Source of the DNA: Camelus dromedarius
Lineage: Eukaryota
NCBI RefSeq assembly: GCF_036321535.1
Contig: NC_087436.1
Span: 9,052,001-9,116,000, forward strand
DNA length: 64,000 nucleotides
Direction of reading: 5' to 3'
The position numbers and the translations under genes were made by a program. This document shows positions 26,276-39,749 of the stretch, one piece after another; the stretch's first letter is position 1, and each line of letters starts with the position of its first letter. The notes beneath the pieces were generated by a model. The model was not told the DNA's origin. It made no database searches and saw nothing but the letters and a program-made list of their open reading frames with translations.

Positions 26276-27824
26276 GCTGATTTACTGGCATTTAAATATC
26301 TTTATCCTAATCAAAGACTTACACAACTTTCTGTTGTTGGATTTGTAGCCTTCGATGATATTCCTCAGACTATTTTGGTTTGTACATTTGATTTTGTCAA
26401 TCAACCATGAAGGATGCTTTTTCTCTCTGCCTCTGAAATTTGCTCCCTTTTATTATATGGCACATGTTTTCCCTCAGCTGGGGAAAATGGAATTTTAAGT
26501 AGTCCATGTAGAATCCTTAAAGTGTCTTATAAAATAAAAGCAATTTGAGCCAATCCCAAATTCATGTATCTTACTCATTAAAAAGTTAGCTGAACATAAC
26601 ATATGATTCAAATTCCAATTCATTTTTTAATTTGTAATGAAAATAGGATTCTACATTTGTAAGCTTCAACTCTTGAAATTAAATGAAATTTTTATAATGC
26701 AACAATAAATGTAAAAAGTTAATAACAGACTACACCACATTGTTTTTCTAGATTATATACTTTAAAAGGGAATATATCTGCTATTGTTTAGACATAGAAC
26801 AGTGATAAGAGTAGTTAATTTGGAGAATAAACAATGCATCACATTCCTGCTTAGAAATAGTCCAAATAATTCACTGTGTATTGCATTAAATGCTTTTATG
26901 TGAAAGTAACTAGTATTTGTAACTGAATGTGTTTTCTAATTCATTCATCACTTATTCACAAGTATTTGCTAAATACCTTTTATGAAGGATGCACCTGCCA
27001 AGGTTTTAAGAGAGGTACAAATCTGGGTCAGTCTTGATTTTAACCACAAAGTCACTGGCTTGTGTGTGTGAGTGTGTGTGCGTGCGTGCGCATGTCAGTG
27101 AGGGATAATACACAGAGGATTTTCAAAAGGTGGAAAAGGATTTAAATTTTATATCTTTGTATATCTAAGTATGTATAAAGCTATATAAATTTATTTTAAA
27201 TATAGTTCATTTATATATGAACTTGTGGAAATTATAGTTATGACTGATATTTAATACTATATATAATATGGTCATTATATATGCATATCTATGTATATTC
27301 ATAAACTATGATTTAGATTTAATTAATATTCGTTGACTAGGAGATTCCAGGTAACGTGTTAAGTACGTCTCATATATGTTGTTAGAGTCATTATCTTATT
27401 TGGCCTTAGCAAAGAAAACTATTTAAAAATCCCAAATTATATATGAGAAAATGTAAAGAGAAATGAAAAAAATATGTACAATTTAAACATCTTTTTCAAT
27501 TTGAACAAATAACACTACACACTGATCTCTTGAGTAACCAGGGTCATGGACACAAGCCTATGGATAAACTCACATTGTGGATAAAACTAACTACTTAAGT
27601 TGTTGAAAATGCGGATTTAAAGTAAATCTGTTCAGTTACAATTAAATCCAGTATTTAGAAAAATAGGTGATTAAGTTCAGTGTCGTAAATGATACTGATG
27701 TTGGAAAGTATCCTTTTCCTTAAAACAGGTATCTTCTGCTCCCATCCAAGATGGCTTGTAATATATTTATTAAACAATTCCTTGAATCTTAGTTCAGAGG
27801 TCAAATCACCCAGTAAGTTGTAAT

Positions 27825-28090
27825 GATAGTGTTTAAGCTAAGAGTTCTTGAGTGTTAACTATGTGCTGGAAGTGTTCCAAGTACTACTATACGCAGTCAT
27901 AGTTCATGCGCACAACAGAACAGTTAGATGGATGCTATTGGTTGTCTGTCTTTTAGGGCAGACACAGTCAAGGCTCGGGCTAACGAGGAGGTGTGCCTGC
28001 AGTCCCCGGGCTAGTGAGGACCCCAGCCAGGGTCCGACACAGGCATTGGACTGGATCACACCGCACTGCGATTTGACTCTGCTTAACCAG
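27825..28090 (-). mobile_element. MIR SINE
   Basis: 'ttgagtgttaactatgtgctgg...cacaacagaacagttagatggatgctatt...actctgcttaacca'. Confidence 0.65.
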
Positions 28091-28681
28091 ACACCAGAGA
28101 ATGAAGTTACCTCCAACTCAGTGAAAAAAAAAAAAACACACACACACACACACACAAAGAACAAATAAACAAAAAAGTGTTTCACACAAAAATTATGCTT
28201 TTTCAGCACATGTATGTCATGTGCTCTTTGCTGATTGACCCAAATGATGATTGCCTTATCAGACACCTCAAAGAGGTAAATTAATGTTTCCATTTTGTTT
28301 TCTTTTATAATTGAAATTGCAGTAAATAAAATTAATCTTTTACTTTTTATATCACAGAGCAATTTTTTTTATTTTATGGCAAAAGTTTAAAAGTTTTTCT
28401 CCCATTTAATTCATTCAACCTGTCTACAATTTTATTGGCATGAATTTTTCACTTAGATTCTGACATTTAAATAATTAACCTATTTATTCAATTTGGGGGG
28501 GGGGGCTGGGAACTTTCTATCTTACAATGGACACAATGTGATTTATATTGGTTACTATGCAGTTTCAAACAATGAACACATTCTCAGATTTAGACTTATC
28601 CAAAAAGAGAAAGGTTTCACTGGCTTACACATGCAGAAGGATGCTTACAGATAATTGTGAGATCAGTAACCCTGAATAAAA

Positions 28682-28757
28682 GCAGTAAGTTTATTTTCAA
28701 TTATTTATTTATGTATTTATTAATTCATTCATTTAATTTTTGCAGTAAGTTTATTTT
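28682..28757 (-). repeat. A-rich micro-insertion (44 bp) flanked by a perfect 16-bp direct repeat
   Basis: GCAGTAAGTTTATTTT at 28682-28697 and 28742-28757 encloses degenerate (TTTA)n/(TTCA)n sequence. Confidence 0.75.
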
Positions 28758-29561
28758 AAATGAAGCTTCAAACATTTATTAGATGTATAATTTTGCATGA
28801 GTTGTTTAACTTTTAAGATTCATTTCCCTTACATGTAAACGTGTGTCTAGTTCTCTGGGCTTTTTTATAGACATATTAAGGTGAGAAATAAATCTATGAA
28901 TAGGTATGTGTTACATGGTAAGAAACTGATCGATTTTAGCTCTTCTATTAATTTTCTTACAACAAACACAACAAAAGAAATACACAAACAGAAACTAAAT
29001 CACATCTATGACAACCTACTCTTGTGATTGTATTAATTATATTATTTACATAAATCTTTTATATTATATGATCTATCAGATCATATAATTCATAATATTG
29101 TATATTATTATGTATTATATATATTATATATTAGTGTGTCTATATTAACATTTTATATTAGCATTACATGTATCGTTTATATAATATCCTTCATACTAAG
29201 ATTTTTTTAAGAAGACAATTGGAACACTTTGTATTAAAAATTACAATGAGATAATAATGTTCTATCAATGCCTGTGAGAGGAGAAATGGTTGCATAATAG
29301 AGCAGAAGAATAATCACACAGAAAACTGAGAAAAGCGATGATACCCATAGACGCTGACTGTGCGTTCTAAGTCAACCTGTCAAAGCCCTGCTGCTTCTCT
29401 TTCCTGAGGAAATAAAACAGTGGAGACCAAACAGAGCCAAGGAATGACTTGGAGTCCTTTTCTTTTATGGATTCATGAGGATTACATAATGAAATTAACA
29501 CTTAATTCCCATGATTCAGAGCCAGTGGGAAGAGATTTGAGGGCAAGCCTAAAAGCTTTGT

Positions 29562-29838
29562 AGTTTTTCTCTGGATGTATGCCCAGGAGTCGGATTGCTG
29601 GATCACAGAGTAAGTCTATTTTTAGTTTTTTAAGGAACCTCCATACTGTCCTCCTAAGTGGCTGCACCAGTTTACATTCTTGTAATGAGCCGTAATGGAA
29701 AAGAAACTGAATATATATATATAATGTGTGTGTATATATATATGTATATGTATATGTATAACTGTATTGCTTTGCTGGATACCTGAAACTAACACTGCAA
29801 ACCAATTACACTTTAATAAAAAATAAGAATAAAAAAAT
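29562..29838 (+). mobile_element. 5'-inverted LINE-1 fragment
   Basis: About 29562-29678 is antisense ORF2 end (the minus-strand ORF reads '[23 protein letters not shown]'). It is joined to the sense terminal 3' UTR and A-tail at about 29679-29838. Confidence 0.82.
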
Positions 29839-30599
29839 GAGCACAGTAAAAAAAAAAAAAAGAGAGAGAGAGATGTATTTTGCATAACTGGAAATAATTT
29901 CTAGTGTAAGGTTTGACAGCTTGGTAGGAGGGTAATTTCAAGGTAGCAGTGGTTTAACCTCTCCAGGATGGAGTTTATCCTTATGTGTTGCCTGGATTCG
30001 AATTTTCCAGCTCTATCTACCCTTCTGCCTCCACCACTCATTAGTATTGGTGTCTCACCCAAAGTTTCAGGCAGGAGCTGAGATAGAGATGGTTAGTGGA
30101 AGAGTGGAGAAGAAAAGCTGCCTGTACTTTTTATGGGACTTTAGATTTTTTTTTTTTTTTTGAAAGTAGCACTATCCTGTGGCATGGGCAGGTTTCCTAG
30201 GAGCTGCAGCCTAACATCCAGGAAGACACTGTATTTTTCCTGTTTTGTCCACTACTATATCTCCAGGACCAGAACTGTATTTGGCACATATTTGATGCTC
30301 AACACAAAAGACTGAAGAGTTTGAATAAGTGACTGTATGAGCCATCATTATGTCTGACTTGAGAATCTCCTACTGTTACACTTGCCAGCTACATAGGACC
30401 ATCTCCTTTTACATTTTCCTGAACAATATATGTATATTTTTTTCTGCAATTTGATTTTAACAGCTGGTGCCTCCTGGCTGCTGTTGCCTGCGTCAGCTTT
30501 GCAGATTGGTTTTCTTCTGGAGTCTTTCCCAAAGATCTGGCAAATAGATCTCTGATAATCCTTTGGCACCTGACTTTTTCCATACCAGATCCCTAGGCT

Positions 30600-31114
30600 G
30601 GATGGATGTATCGATCAAGACTTTGCTACAGACAGCAGTATCTGCACTATTTAATTTAAGTGAAAGATCTTTATGAAAGGATATAGGAAATAGCGCACAG
30701 GACTGAAGAAAAGGGTCGTATACTAAGCTTTTAGAAATAACTTCTAAAACCCATCAGAACTGGAATGCCAAAGGGTTGCTGCCTTTGCCATCATCCGGAC
30801 CAACCCTCATCAGGAAGTTATCCCCCTAGTGGCGAGATTCGGAACTACACCACCTTTGCCGTTATCCGGAAAAGGAACATTTCTCCCCACCCCACCAAAC
30901 TGTCCTTGTGTTCCAACAGAAGTTTCATAAAAGGATCATGCTTGCATGAATTTGATTAGAGAAACCTAAAATAGACCCAGAAAGCTAACTGCAAGGGAAT
31001 CTGGGAAATGAAGCTCTCAATTTCCTAGACTCTGTAAAAAGTCTATAAAAAGAAAGCATGCTAATTGGGGCTTAAAATGGTTGTTGAGTGAACCAATTCA
31101 CAGAATCCACCACA
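30600..31114 (-). mobile_element. Old MaLR/ERVL-type LTR (MLT1-like)
   Basis: 'ctaactgcaagggaatctgggaaatg' and the terminal 'gaaccaattcacagaatccaccaca' resemble antisense MLT1-type LTR text. Confidence 0.5.
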
Positions 31115-31917
31115 GAGTCTTTGCAAAGTTTTGAGAAACAAGCGTATACATGAAAACTTCCAAAAGAAGAATACTGGAATTTTTATTTGCAGAAATATAT
31201 GCATGTAAAATTTTTCTGAATTCACACATACCAAACTGTTAATGACGGTCATTTTTAGACAGATAGATTATCAGTAAAATGTACTCTCTTCTTAGTATAT
31301 AATATTCTTCTGAGAGTTATATAATACACGGAAAGCACTTAGCAGAAGAGCTAGCAATAAAAAAAGTACTCATAAACGTTAACTATTCATATCTATATAC
31401 ACACACGCACATATATATAAAGAAAGATAAAGCAACTGAAGCAACTTACTTAGGTGAATCACTGTGAATTACTGTAATTTTTCTTTTTAACTTCTGAATT
31501 TGATTTTTTAAATGATGACACATTAACTTTCTGGAGAGAAAAAAATATATGTGTATTTCTCTATGCATCCATCTATAGGCTGTATGTTTATGTAATCCTT
31601 TTACCTTCAAAGCAAATTCAGAAACATCCCCTTCCATGAAACATCAACAGAAAGGCTGTAAATAGGTGAGCCGGATAGATGCTCTATTGTACATTCACTT
31701 GCAGCCTAGAGGGTGACACCCTCTCTCAAATTCCTCTCTCAAATTACTCTCTGAATGAGAATGATGGCAATGGTGGTGGCAATTATAAAGGTTTATTGGG
31801 TACCTTTTTGTGCTCCTACCACTCTAAGTTCTCTGAGAGAAAATTCTTCATGAGTCTCTTGCATTACTGCATGTCTTGAGAGAAGAGACACTTTTTTATT
31901 TATTATTTCAGACTTGA

Positions 31918-32143
31918 CTTTTTTTCCCCCATATTGAAGTGCAGTTGGTTTACAATGTTGTGTTAATTTCTGGTGTACAACACAGTGATTCAGTTATACA
32001 TATATATATTCCTTTTCATATTCATTTTCATTATAGGCTATTACAAGATATTGAATATAGTTCCCTATGCTATGCAGTAGGACCTTGTTGTTTATCTCTT
32101 TTATAACATATAGTGTGTATCTGCAAATTGTGATCTCCTAATT
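31918..32143 (-). mobile_element. LINE-1 3' UTR fragment
   Basis: 'tattgaagtgcagttggtttacaatgttgtgttaatttctggtgtaca...gatattgaatatagttccctatgctat'. Confidence 0.88.
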
Positions 32144-32559
32144 TTCTTTTCAGGGATTTTGAATGGTGAATATCCTTAGAAATAGAAAGAGTACCTCCCT
32201 CTGGAACTGGAAGCAAGTGTGCTTACTTGTCAGGTGTAATAATAACACATCTCTCTGCAGTCAAATGTCAGGTGCACTTCCTGTCCATTATAAAACGCCT
32301 GGGTTTCCTAAGCTGGGCAGGTGGGGGTAGTGGTTCTCTCCTGGAAAGCAAACTGTTGCACTTGCAGGCATCACGTGGTCCTCTTCCCGTCACCCCATTG
32401 GGATCGGCCCAAGTCCTGGTACTCTGGCTACTTTTACGGCCGGGAGGAAGTAACTGTTCTTTTGCTTCTGAAATGGAAGCCTAATGACTTCTGCCAGCAT
32501 CCAGAAGAGTGAGGCTCACTTGCTAATTAGTTGGTGAAGAGGGTAAAATCTCAGACTGT

Positions 32560-32765
32560 TCTCCGTAAGTGCTCTGTATTTAATAAATCATTAAATCGTC
32601 AGAACAAACTCATCAGGAAGGGAATGTTATTACGCCATTTTAGGGGTAATACAAGTGGGGACATTATTCTACCAAGGTCAGATAATTTTCCATAGTCACA
32701 CAGGTCTAGTGGCAGACCCAGGATAGAAGCTCACTGTGGTCCTAGAGCCTAAGTGCTCAGGCACC
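32560..32765 (-). mobile_element. MIR SINE
   Basis: 'taagtgctctgta...cattaaatcgtcagaacaaac...gtcacacaggtctagtggcagacccagga...ctagagcc'. Confidence 0.6.
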
Positions 32766-32992
32766 AAGCAAAACTGATTTCATATCATCGTGCAGCTCTC
32801 AGGTTTTGCTCTGCTTGTTGTAAGGGGAAAAATGGAATCATGATTTCAGAAAATGGAAGAAAAACTTGCAGCTTATCAAACTGGAAAACTGCTGAGCTTG
32901 TACCCAGTATTTCTCAATGCTATACCTATTAATCAGTATTAGCCTTCTGTCTAGCCTGGGCGATAGCCTCACACATGCATTATTTTTGCCAC

Positions 32993-33512
32993 TGTAGGAG
33001 TGAAGAACAAATCTGACTTCATAGTAGATCTGTTCCTTTGGCTCTAACCCTGTGCTCTGTTTCCTGTGCTGAATCATGCTGGTTCTGCAAGTTTTGTAAT
33101 AGAATGTTGCCTAGAGCCTGAAATAGACAGGAGAGCCCATTCTTAAGGCTCTGATCTTTAAGGGTTAATACTTTCCCATTCATATAGAGATAAAAAGTTG
33201 CAGAATAGAAAATAACAATTGTCTTGTTGGAGATTTACAGGGACACCATGACCTGACCCAGGTGGACAGCTACAAGAACAAAGAATTCTGACACCAAGAA
33301 ATTTGCAACAACCAGCCACACCCTCCTGCCCTTTTTAGTGTAAAAGGAGCCTGAATTTTGACTTAGGAAAGAGGGTTCTCTGGGACATCAGTTTCCCATC
33401 TTCTTTGTCTGCTGGCTTTCTGAATAAGGTCACGATTCCTTGCCCCAACACCTCATCTCCCAATTAACTGGCCTGTCGTGCGGCCAGCAGAATGAGTTTA
33501 GACTTGATAACA
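32993..33512 (+). mobile_element. Solo LTR, ERV1-class, with a perfect 4-bp TSD
   Basis: TG...CA termini (TGTAGGAG...GATAACA); CCAC duplicated at 32989-32992 and 33513-33516; same family as 24444-24928. Confidence 0.88.
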
Positions 33513-35925
33513 CCACCAAATTTTCTACCAATACTTTTCTAGTTTCAAATTACTCTATGAATCCATTCTGGTGTGTACTGATGTCTCCTTTGTTTCTCAT
33601 CAGCCTCACGTGAATATTTAAATATCTGTAATTCACTGAGCCCCCACAATCTGGAATATCTTCCCTCATTTTTCACTTCCCTTATTCCTCCCTGTTCTTC
33701 TAGACAAGATCTTCTCCCCCTATAAGAAGAAAATGCAAGTCTTTTTTAAAAGTCCATTCCCACATTCCCTCCCCACACTTCACCTTCCCTGGGAGCTTAC
33801 ATAGCATTCTGTGCCTTTACCAAATGATCTATCACACTTTTTTGGTGACTGCGTTTGTCTGTCCTAAGCCCTAGCTCCCAAACTCACAGCTAGTATTACT
33901 TGCCTCCTTGAGGCCAAAACTTGTTCCTTAATCTTAATTTCCCTGGCTTCTAACTTCATTTCTAATATTTAAATTCCCAAATGTTGGTTGAATGAGGCTT
34001 TGTTATTGAATACAACTGTACTTATCATATCTTCTTTTCTGAATTCTTGGGGCAGGCTAACCTGAACACAATATTTCTAACAGCAAGAGGCAATTTCTAA
34101 TTGAAGCAATAGTTAGTTAACTTTTAAATCAGTGGGTTACATTAGTTTTTTAAAAGTTCTCATGAATTTCTTCAAATTTAATAGAAGCCCTTAAAACATA
34201 AATTCATACCATCAGAACATATAATCTTCTATCTGTGTTTATGTTCAAAGCAAGGTCCACTGCATTGCTCTATACTTTTCTTCCATGCAACCTCATGCAT
34301 CTTGACCGGGACCCGGTAAGAACATTAGTCTAAGAAATATGACAGGCCACCTGGAGATTATTTTATATCTTCCAGTAGGGAAAATATGTGGATTTTAATT
34401 TAGAATTATATAAAATAATGAGGCAAAATAAAATCAATGCATCTTGACCTCTAATCTTAACATTTTGTAAATTAAACCTTTTTTTAAAAAAATTAATGTC
34501 TACCATGGATGTAACTCGAAAATAATTATAGACATTGCAAAACATGTTGAGATAAGAACTCACATAAACCAAGAACTTTTCATTGCACTCTAAAGGGTTC
34601 TGTACTTTACCTCATTTAATCCTTAAAGCAGCTCTTGGCAGTATATTTATATTACAGGAGAGAAAAGGAGATTAAGAGTCCTAAAGTGGGGAGATATATA
34701 ATTGAGCTTAATGTGCTGAGTCTAAACCCCATGATATATCCTGAAAAGTGTTACATAAATCAGTGCTTCTGAGAATGTGGTTCATGTAACTCTAACGCTT
34801 GGAATGATAATAGCTCTTTCCTGAAAGGTGGCTGAGCAGAGAGGAAGAAAGAGATCTTTGGTTAAATACAATGGAAATGCTTAATAAAGCAAATGCACGC
34901 ATTGCTAGAGGATTATGTAAAATTTCACAATATCACAGGGCATATTTGACCAGAGTTTTTCCTTATTCTTCAATGTCCAGTGGATCAGAAATCCGTCCAC
35001 CAATTTAAGGAACAAGGATATTAATTTTAGTAGAATGATAGGCATTATTTTCCAGTAAAAACATTTATAGCTTTTTATCTAAATCATTATTATTACCCAT
35101 ATAATGACTTAAAACTGTGAAATACCATTTATAGATATTTAAAAGGGAAATTATATGATCTTTGACATAATAGGTAAAACTTCAAATTAACTAATCTATC
35201 ACAGTCTAATCCATCACAATCCGACAAAGAAATGCATGTCTACTTTGCCTCATAGAAGTCATTGAACATAACATCACTTACAGAGTCAAAAATTATCTTT
35301 ACATAAAATGTATATCCTTCATAATTTAAAAAAAATTGAAAAAAAATATGAAATATTAAAAATGACTACATTGAATGTTAGGTTGAGACCTTGGGTAAAA
35401 AAGAAGACATATATATTTTTTAAAAAGTCAAGTAAATATAGTTTATTTAATAAACTCAAATGTCATGTTTAATTGACAGGGGAGACAAAGCAAAAAGGGA
35501 AAACTCACAGACCATACAGTTGTTCATTGGAAGATAAGACAGTCTTTTGCCAAAAAGAAAAAAAAAAAGTCATGTTCACATGACCATTACAAAAATTATT
35601 CTTTCACAAAGGCTAACCAGTTAATTGCACGTAAGTGAAGATACTGCTGTAAGCTAAATAAATGAAGCCATAAAACACATTTCGGTTAATATTACTAGAA
35701 ATTTCTTGAAACATGATATTCAGCTATTTCAGGAGACAGCATGTGAAGTTAAAAAAAAATCTTTTGGAAACCATTGAACTCTGTTAAGAGTCTAGAATAA
35801 AGATATTTTGTATTCATGATTGAAGGGAAGACCAGGGCTGGGATGTTAGTGAGCAGGTTAAAAAAAAAACAAAGAAGGAAAAAAAAGAAAAATGATAATA
35901 AACTATGTAAAGAAAAGCCTGAACA

Positions 35926-36926
35926 GAGAAAATATTTGCAAAGGATGCGACTGACAAGGGCTTACTTTCTAGAATATATAAACAGCTCATACAACTTAAT
36001 AACAAAAAAACAAACAACCCAATCCAAAAATGGGCAGACCTAAACAAGCATTTTTCCAATACTCAGTATCACTAATTATCAGAGAAATGCAAATCAAAAT
36101 TTCGATGAGGTATCAGTTCATACCAGTCAGAATGGCCATCTTTCAAAAGTCCACAAAAGATAAATGCTGGAGAGGGTATAGAGAAAAGGGAACCCTCCTA
36201 CATTGTTGGTGGGAGTGTAGTTTGGGGCAGCCACTATGGAGAACAGTATGGAGAGTCCCCAAAAAACTAAACTTACCATATATGATCCAGCAATTCCCCC
36301 TACTGGTCATATATCTGGAGAGAGCTTTAATTGGAAAAGATATATGCACCTCAATGTTCATAGCAGCACTATTTACAGTAGCCAAGACATGGAAACAACC
36401 TAAATGTCCATCAACAGATGACTGGATAAAGAAGATGTGGTGTATTTATACAATGCACTACTACTCAGCCATAAAGAAGAGCTAAATAATGCCATTTACA
36501 GCAACATGGATGGACCTGGAGTTCATCATTCTAAGTGAAGTAAGCCAGACAGAGAAAGACAAATACCATATGATACCACTCATATGTGGAATCTAAAAAA
36601 AATAGACACAGATGAACTTATTTACAAAACAGAAACAAACTCACATAGAAAACAAACTTATGGTTACTAGGTGGAGAGGGGTTTGGAAGGGATAAATTGG
36701 AAGTTTGAGATTTGCAGATACTAACTACTGGATATAAAATAAACAATAGGGTCCTATTGTGTAGCACAGGGAACCATATTCAATATCTTGTAGTAACCTA
36801 TAATGAAAAAGAAATGAAATCTATGTATATGTATGTATGGCTGAAACATTGTGCTGCACACCAGAAATCAACACAACATTGTAAACTGATTATACTTCAT
36901 TAAAAAAAAAAGAAAAGAAAAAAAAG
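35926..36926 (+). mobile_element. 5'-truncated LINE-1 (ORF2 C-terminus, 3' UTR, poly(A)) with a 15-bp TSD
   Basis: ORF 36030-36485 shows the L1 ORF2 C-terminal domain ('[17 protein letters not shown]', '[28 protein letters not shown]'). TSD AGAAAA[G/A]CCTGAACA at 35911-35925 and 36927-36941. Confidence 0.95.
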
Positions 36927-39749
36927 AGAAAAACCTGAACAATATTTATTTGATATTACACGCAGCATTAAATCATTATTTCTTAAAAAAATCAAATCCA
37001 GTAATTCTGGGTTGTTTTCCCAACCTCATCAAACCTATTACACCCCCTTTTTTTTCCCTATTACACCTTGATTTCTTTTAAATAGCACTGCCTCCTGATG
37101 GGCAAAGGGAGCTGCAAAATTAATCATCCTGAAACCAAAATCAATGGCCCGTTGAAGGAAAGTATATACTGGTATCCTTGTGAAAACTAGAGAATGTATG
37201 TAACACGGATGGGGAAAGACAATGTATAATATACACTGAGCCCTTCTTGGCATAAATGAGACACAGAATCAGATCCTTTTGGAAACCTCTTCTGGTCAAT
37301 GATAATATTACCTTTAGGTGGGAAGGACTTTTGTCTTCCTGTTTGCTGTGGGAGGAGATCATGAGACAAGATCTTCTAAAACTGGACCAAGTTGCATAAA
37401 TGAGTTTCTTTAAAGAATGGAGCATGGATAATACCTTAATTCCCTGAGAAGTTATTACTTACAGTGAAATTCCTACTTAAAATTTATTCAGGAGGACATT
37501 TGGGGACATCATTTTAGGTTATCTGTAGTGAATATATTTCCATTCATTCTTTTTTTTTTTCTTTTATGGAGTTATACATTAGGACTTAAATTGTTATACG
37601 TTTGAAAGTTTGTCCAAGTAACTATGACTGTCTTGCGTATATAATGGCTTCCAGAATTTGCATCTATGTGTTGTTTTTGTCTCAAAGACTCTACTCACTT
37701 TAACACAAGAACTCACAAAATATAACTCACATAAAGAGACTTGACACTTTTTTTCTAATAGTGGAAGATCAGAAATGCAACAGATTTCAGCTAATAAAAT
37801 CAGAAAAGTCTGGCAATGTGTTTGCAATAATTGGAAATCACATTTTTAATTGCTTACTCTGCAATCAATTTGTATTTATATTGTTAAGTTAGGAATAGAG
37901 CAAAATGGATTTAGATATTTGAGGGGCTCATGTTAGTAATTAGAGTGGCCAGTCGGTCACTACTAAGCTGTGTATATATGACATTGATGTTTTGCTGCAA
38001 GGTGCAATAATTACTCATAAGAATGTATTTGACCCCATCTAATTTCAAAAGTGCATTTAAAAAAGAAACAAATAGAGTGGAAACAGAATTGTTCTGATAT
38101 AATGCAACCAGTGCGGCATAAAATATATATAAAGTAATTATCGTTTCTTCACAACCTTTTACAACATTAAATTATTTTTTAAGAATTATTATCACACGTC
38201 TGCTCTAGGTGTACTTGTCTGGGGTTTATCCAACATCACAGTTCACCAAAAGCAAGCAAATGAGCGAAGAAGCCAGTCCTTCAGTGGACATTTTCTAGAG
38301 GTGAGTTTTCTTATCTCTTAGGCACTTGGACTTTCTAAGGATTGTATAAATAACTATGGACTCGGATGGTCCAAAACCACAGTTTTCATAAATCCAGTAA
38401 ATGGTTATTTGTCTCAGCAATAACTTTCTGAACTGAATACCACGGAACCTAACATTCATAACGCATGATATTGTAATCCATTAAAAAATATAGTGACTCT
38501 GAATTTCATTTAATGGTAAGAATTTCCATTGCAGGTATGACTTGCTGTGCTGGCTCTATTTTATTTCTTAAACATAAAGAAATGCAACAATTAGAACAGT
38601 CTCATACATGGCTCATCTACATGATTTACCATCTTTCTGTTTTATATGATCTTTTCATTTGTTAATATATTCAGTGGCTTTAATGAACAAGAATTTGAAG
38701 ATCAGTTTCTATCCCCTCACCGTCCCTGACCTGGAAGGAGTGAACTGACCTCAGAAAGTCAGGGAATTTGGGTTAAAGAGCCCTGAATATTCAGGCAGCC
38801 CAAATTAGGCGTTTAGCATTCCAATCTCATAGCAACGCCCCTTCTGCCCAATGGAAATATATATATCCCTGTATATCTGACTATTTTTAGTGCTCTCAGT
38901 TGCCAATCTGGTGATGTAGGAAATAACAGAGAATCTGAATGTATGAGTGTATAAAAAGTACATAGAAAAGCGCTTGTATGTGCATTTGTGTGTAGAAAGA
39001 CTGCAGGCTTCATAATTCTGTAACAGCATCTATTGTCTCACATTCTTTTAATTTGATGAAGTATGGTCTTACATAATATTTTCTGTTATTGTTCAGTATA
39101 CATGAGAATGCATGTACCATAGGAAGAGAAACTGTGCAGCTTACCTTTTCGTATACACAAATGTATCTGACATAATATTTACCATGTGGAATCTGTTGAG
39201 AATTACAGAGTTTTGAAGGATGCGTGATTGTAATAATAGCATTGTCCAATGTCCTTATAGAAGTATAAACATCAGAATTTCAAACAGGCAGGAACTTTTG
39301 ATATTACAGGCTGTGTTAGGCTAATATTTACCATAAAAGAGGAATCACTTCTGGAAGGGTTAAGTCGTTTGTGAAAGATCACAAGTATTTGGTGAACAAG
39401 CTGACATGAGCCTTACATCTGTCCCTTAGAATGTTACCAGGTTGCATGTACCATGATCTAATTTTTTTTCTTAAAGTTACAAAGTACTGAGCAGTTTTTA
39501 TATAAATTAGCAGTATAAAAATATTTGTAAGCATGACATTAAAGAAAAATCATGCATGGACAATAAAACTCATATGTGTCAAATCCATGAAAATGTAGAA
39601 AGCATTTCTAAAAACAGTATGGTAAATTTACCTAATGTACAATTGGTGATTGATTAAAGTATGACCCCTTTTAAGACAGAGCAAAAACGATAATATTGAT
39701 CTGAATTATTTGCTTTGGATATGATTTCTCAAAATGCTGACATACTTGG

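Noticed and set aside
30819..30836. CTCF-like motif (CGCCACTAGGGGGA on the minus strand) and a lone NF-kB palindrome at 42890-42899
   Set aside because: These are single motif hits with no supporting context, and the CTCF match lacks the terminal C of the core.
24444..33512. A 9-kb provirus bounded by two LTRs
   Set aside because: There is no primer-binding site, polypurine tract or gag/pol/env similarity between them, the interior holds ancient MIR/L2 sequence, and the second LTR has its own CCAC TSD.
38782..38795. Short palindromes (CCTGAATATTCAGG; similar ones near 22978, 28205 and 40454)
   Set aside because: Arms of 7-8 bp are expected several times by chance in 64 kb.
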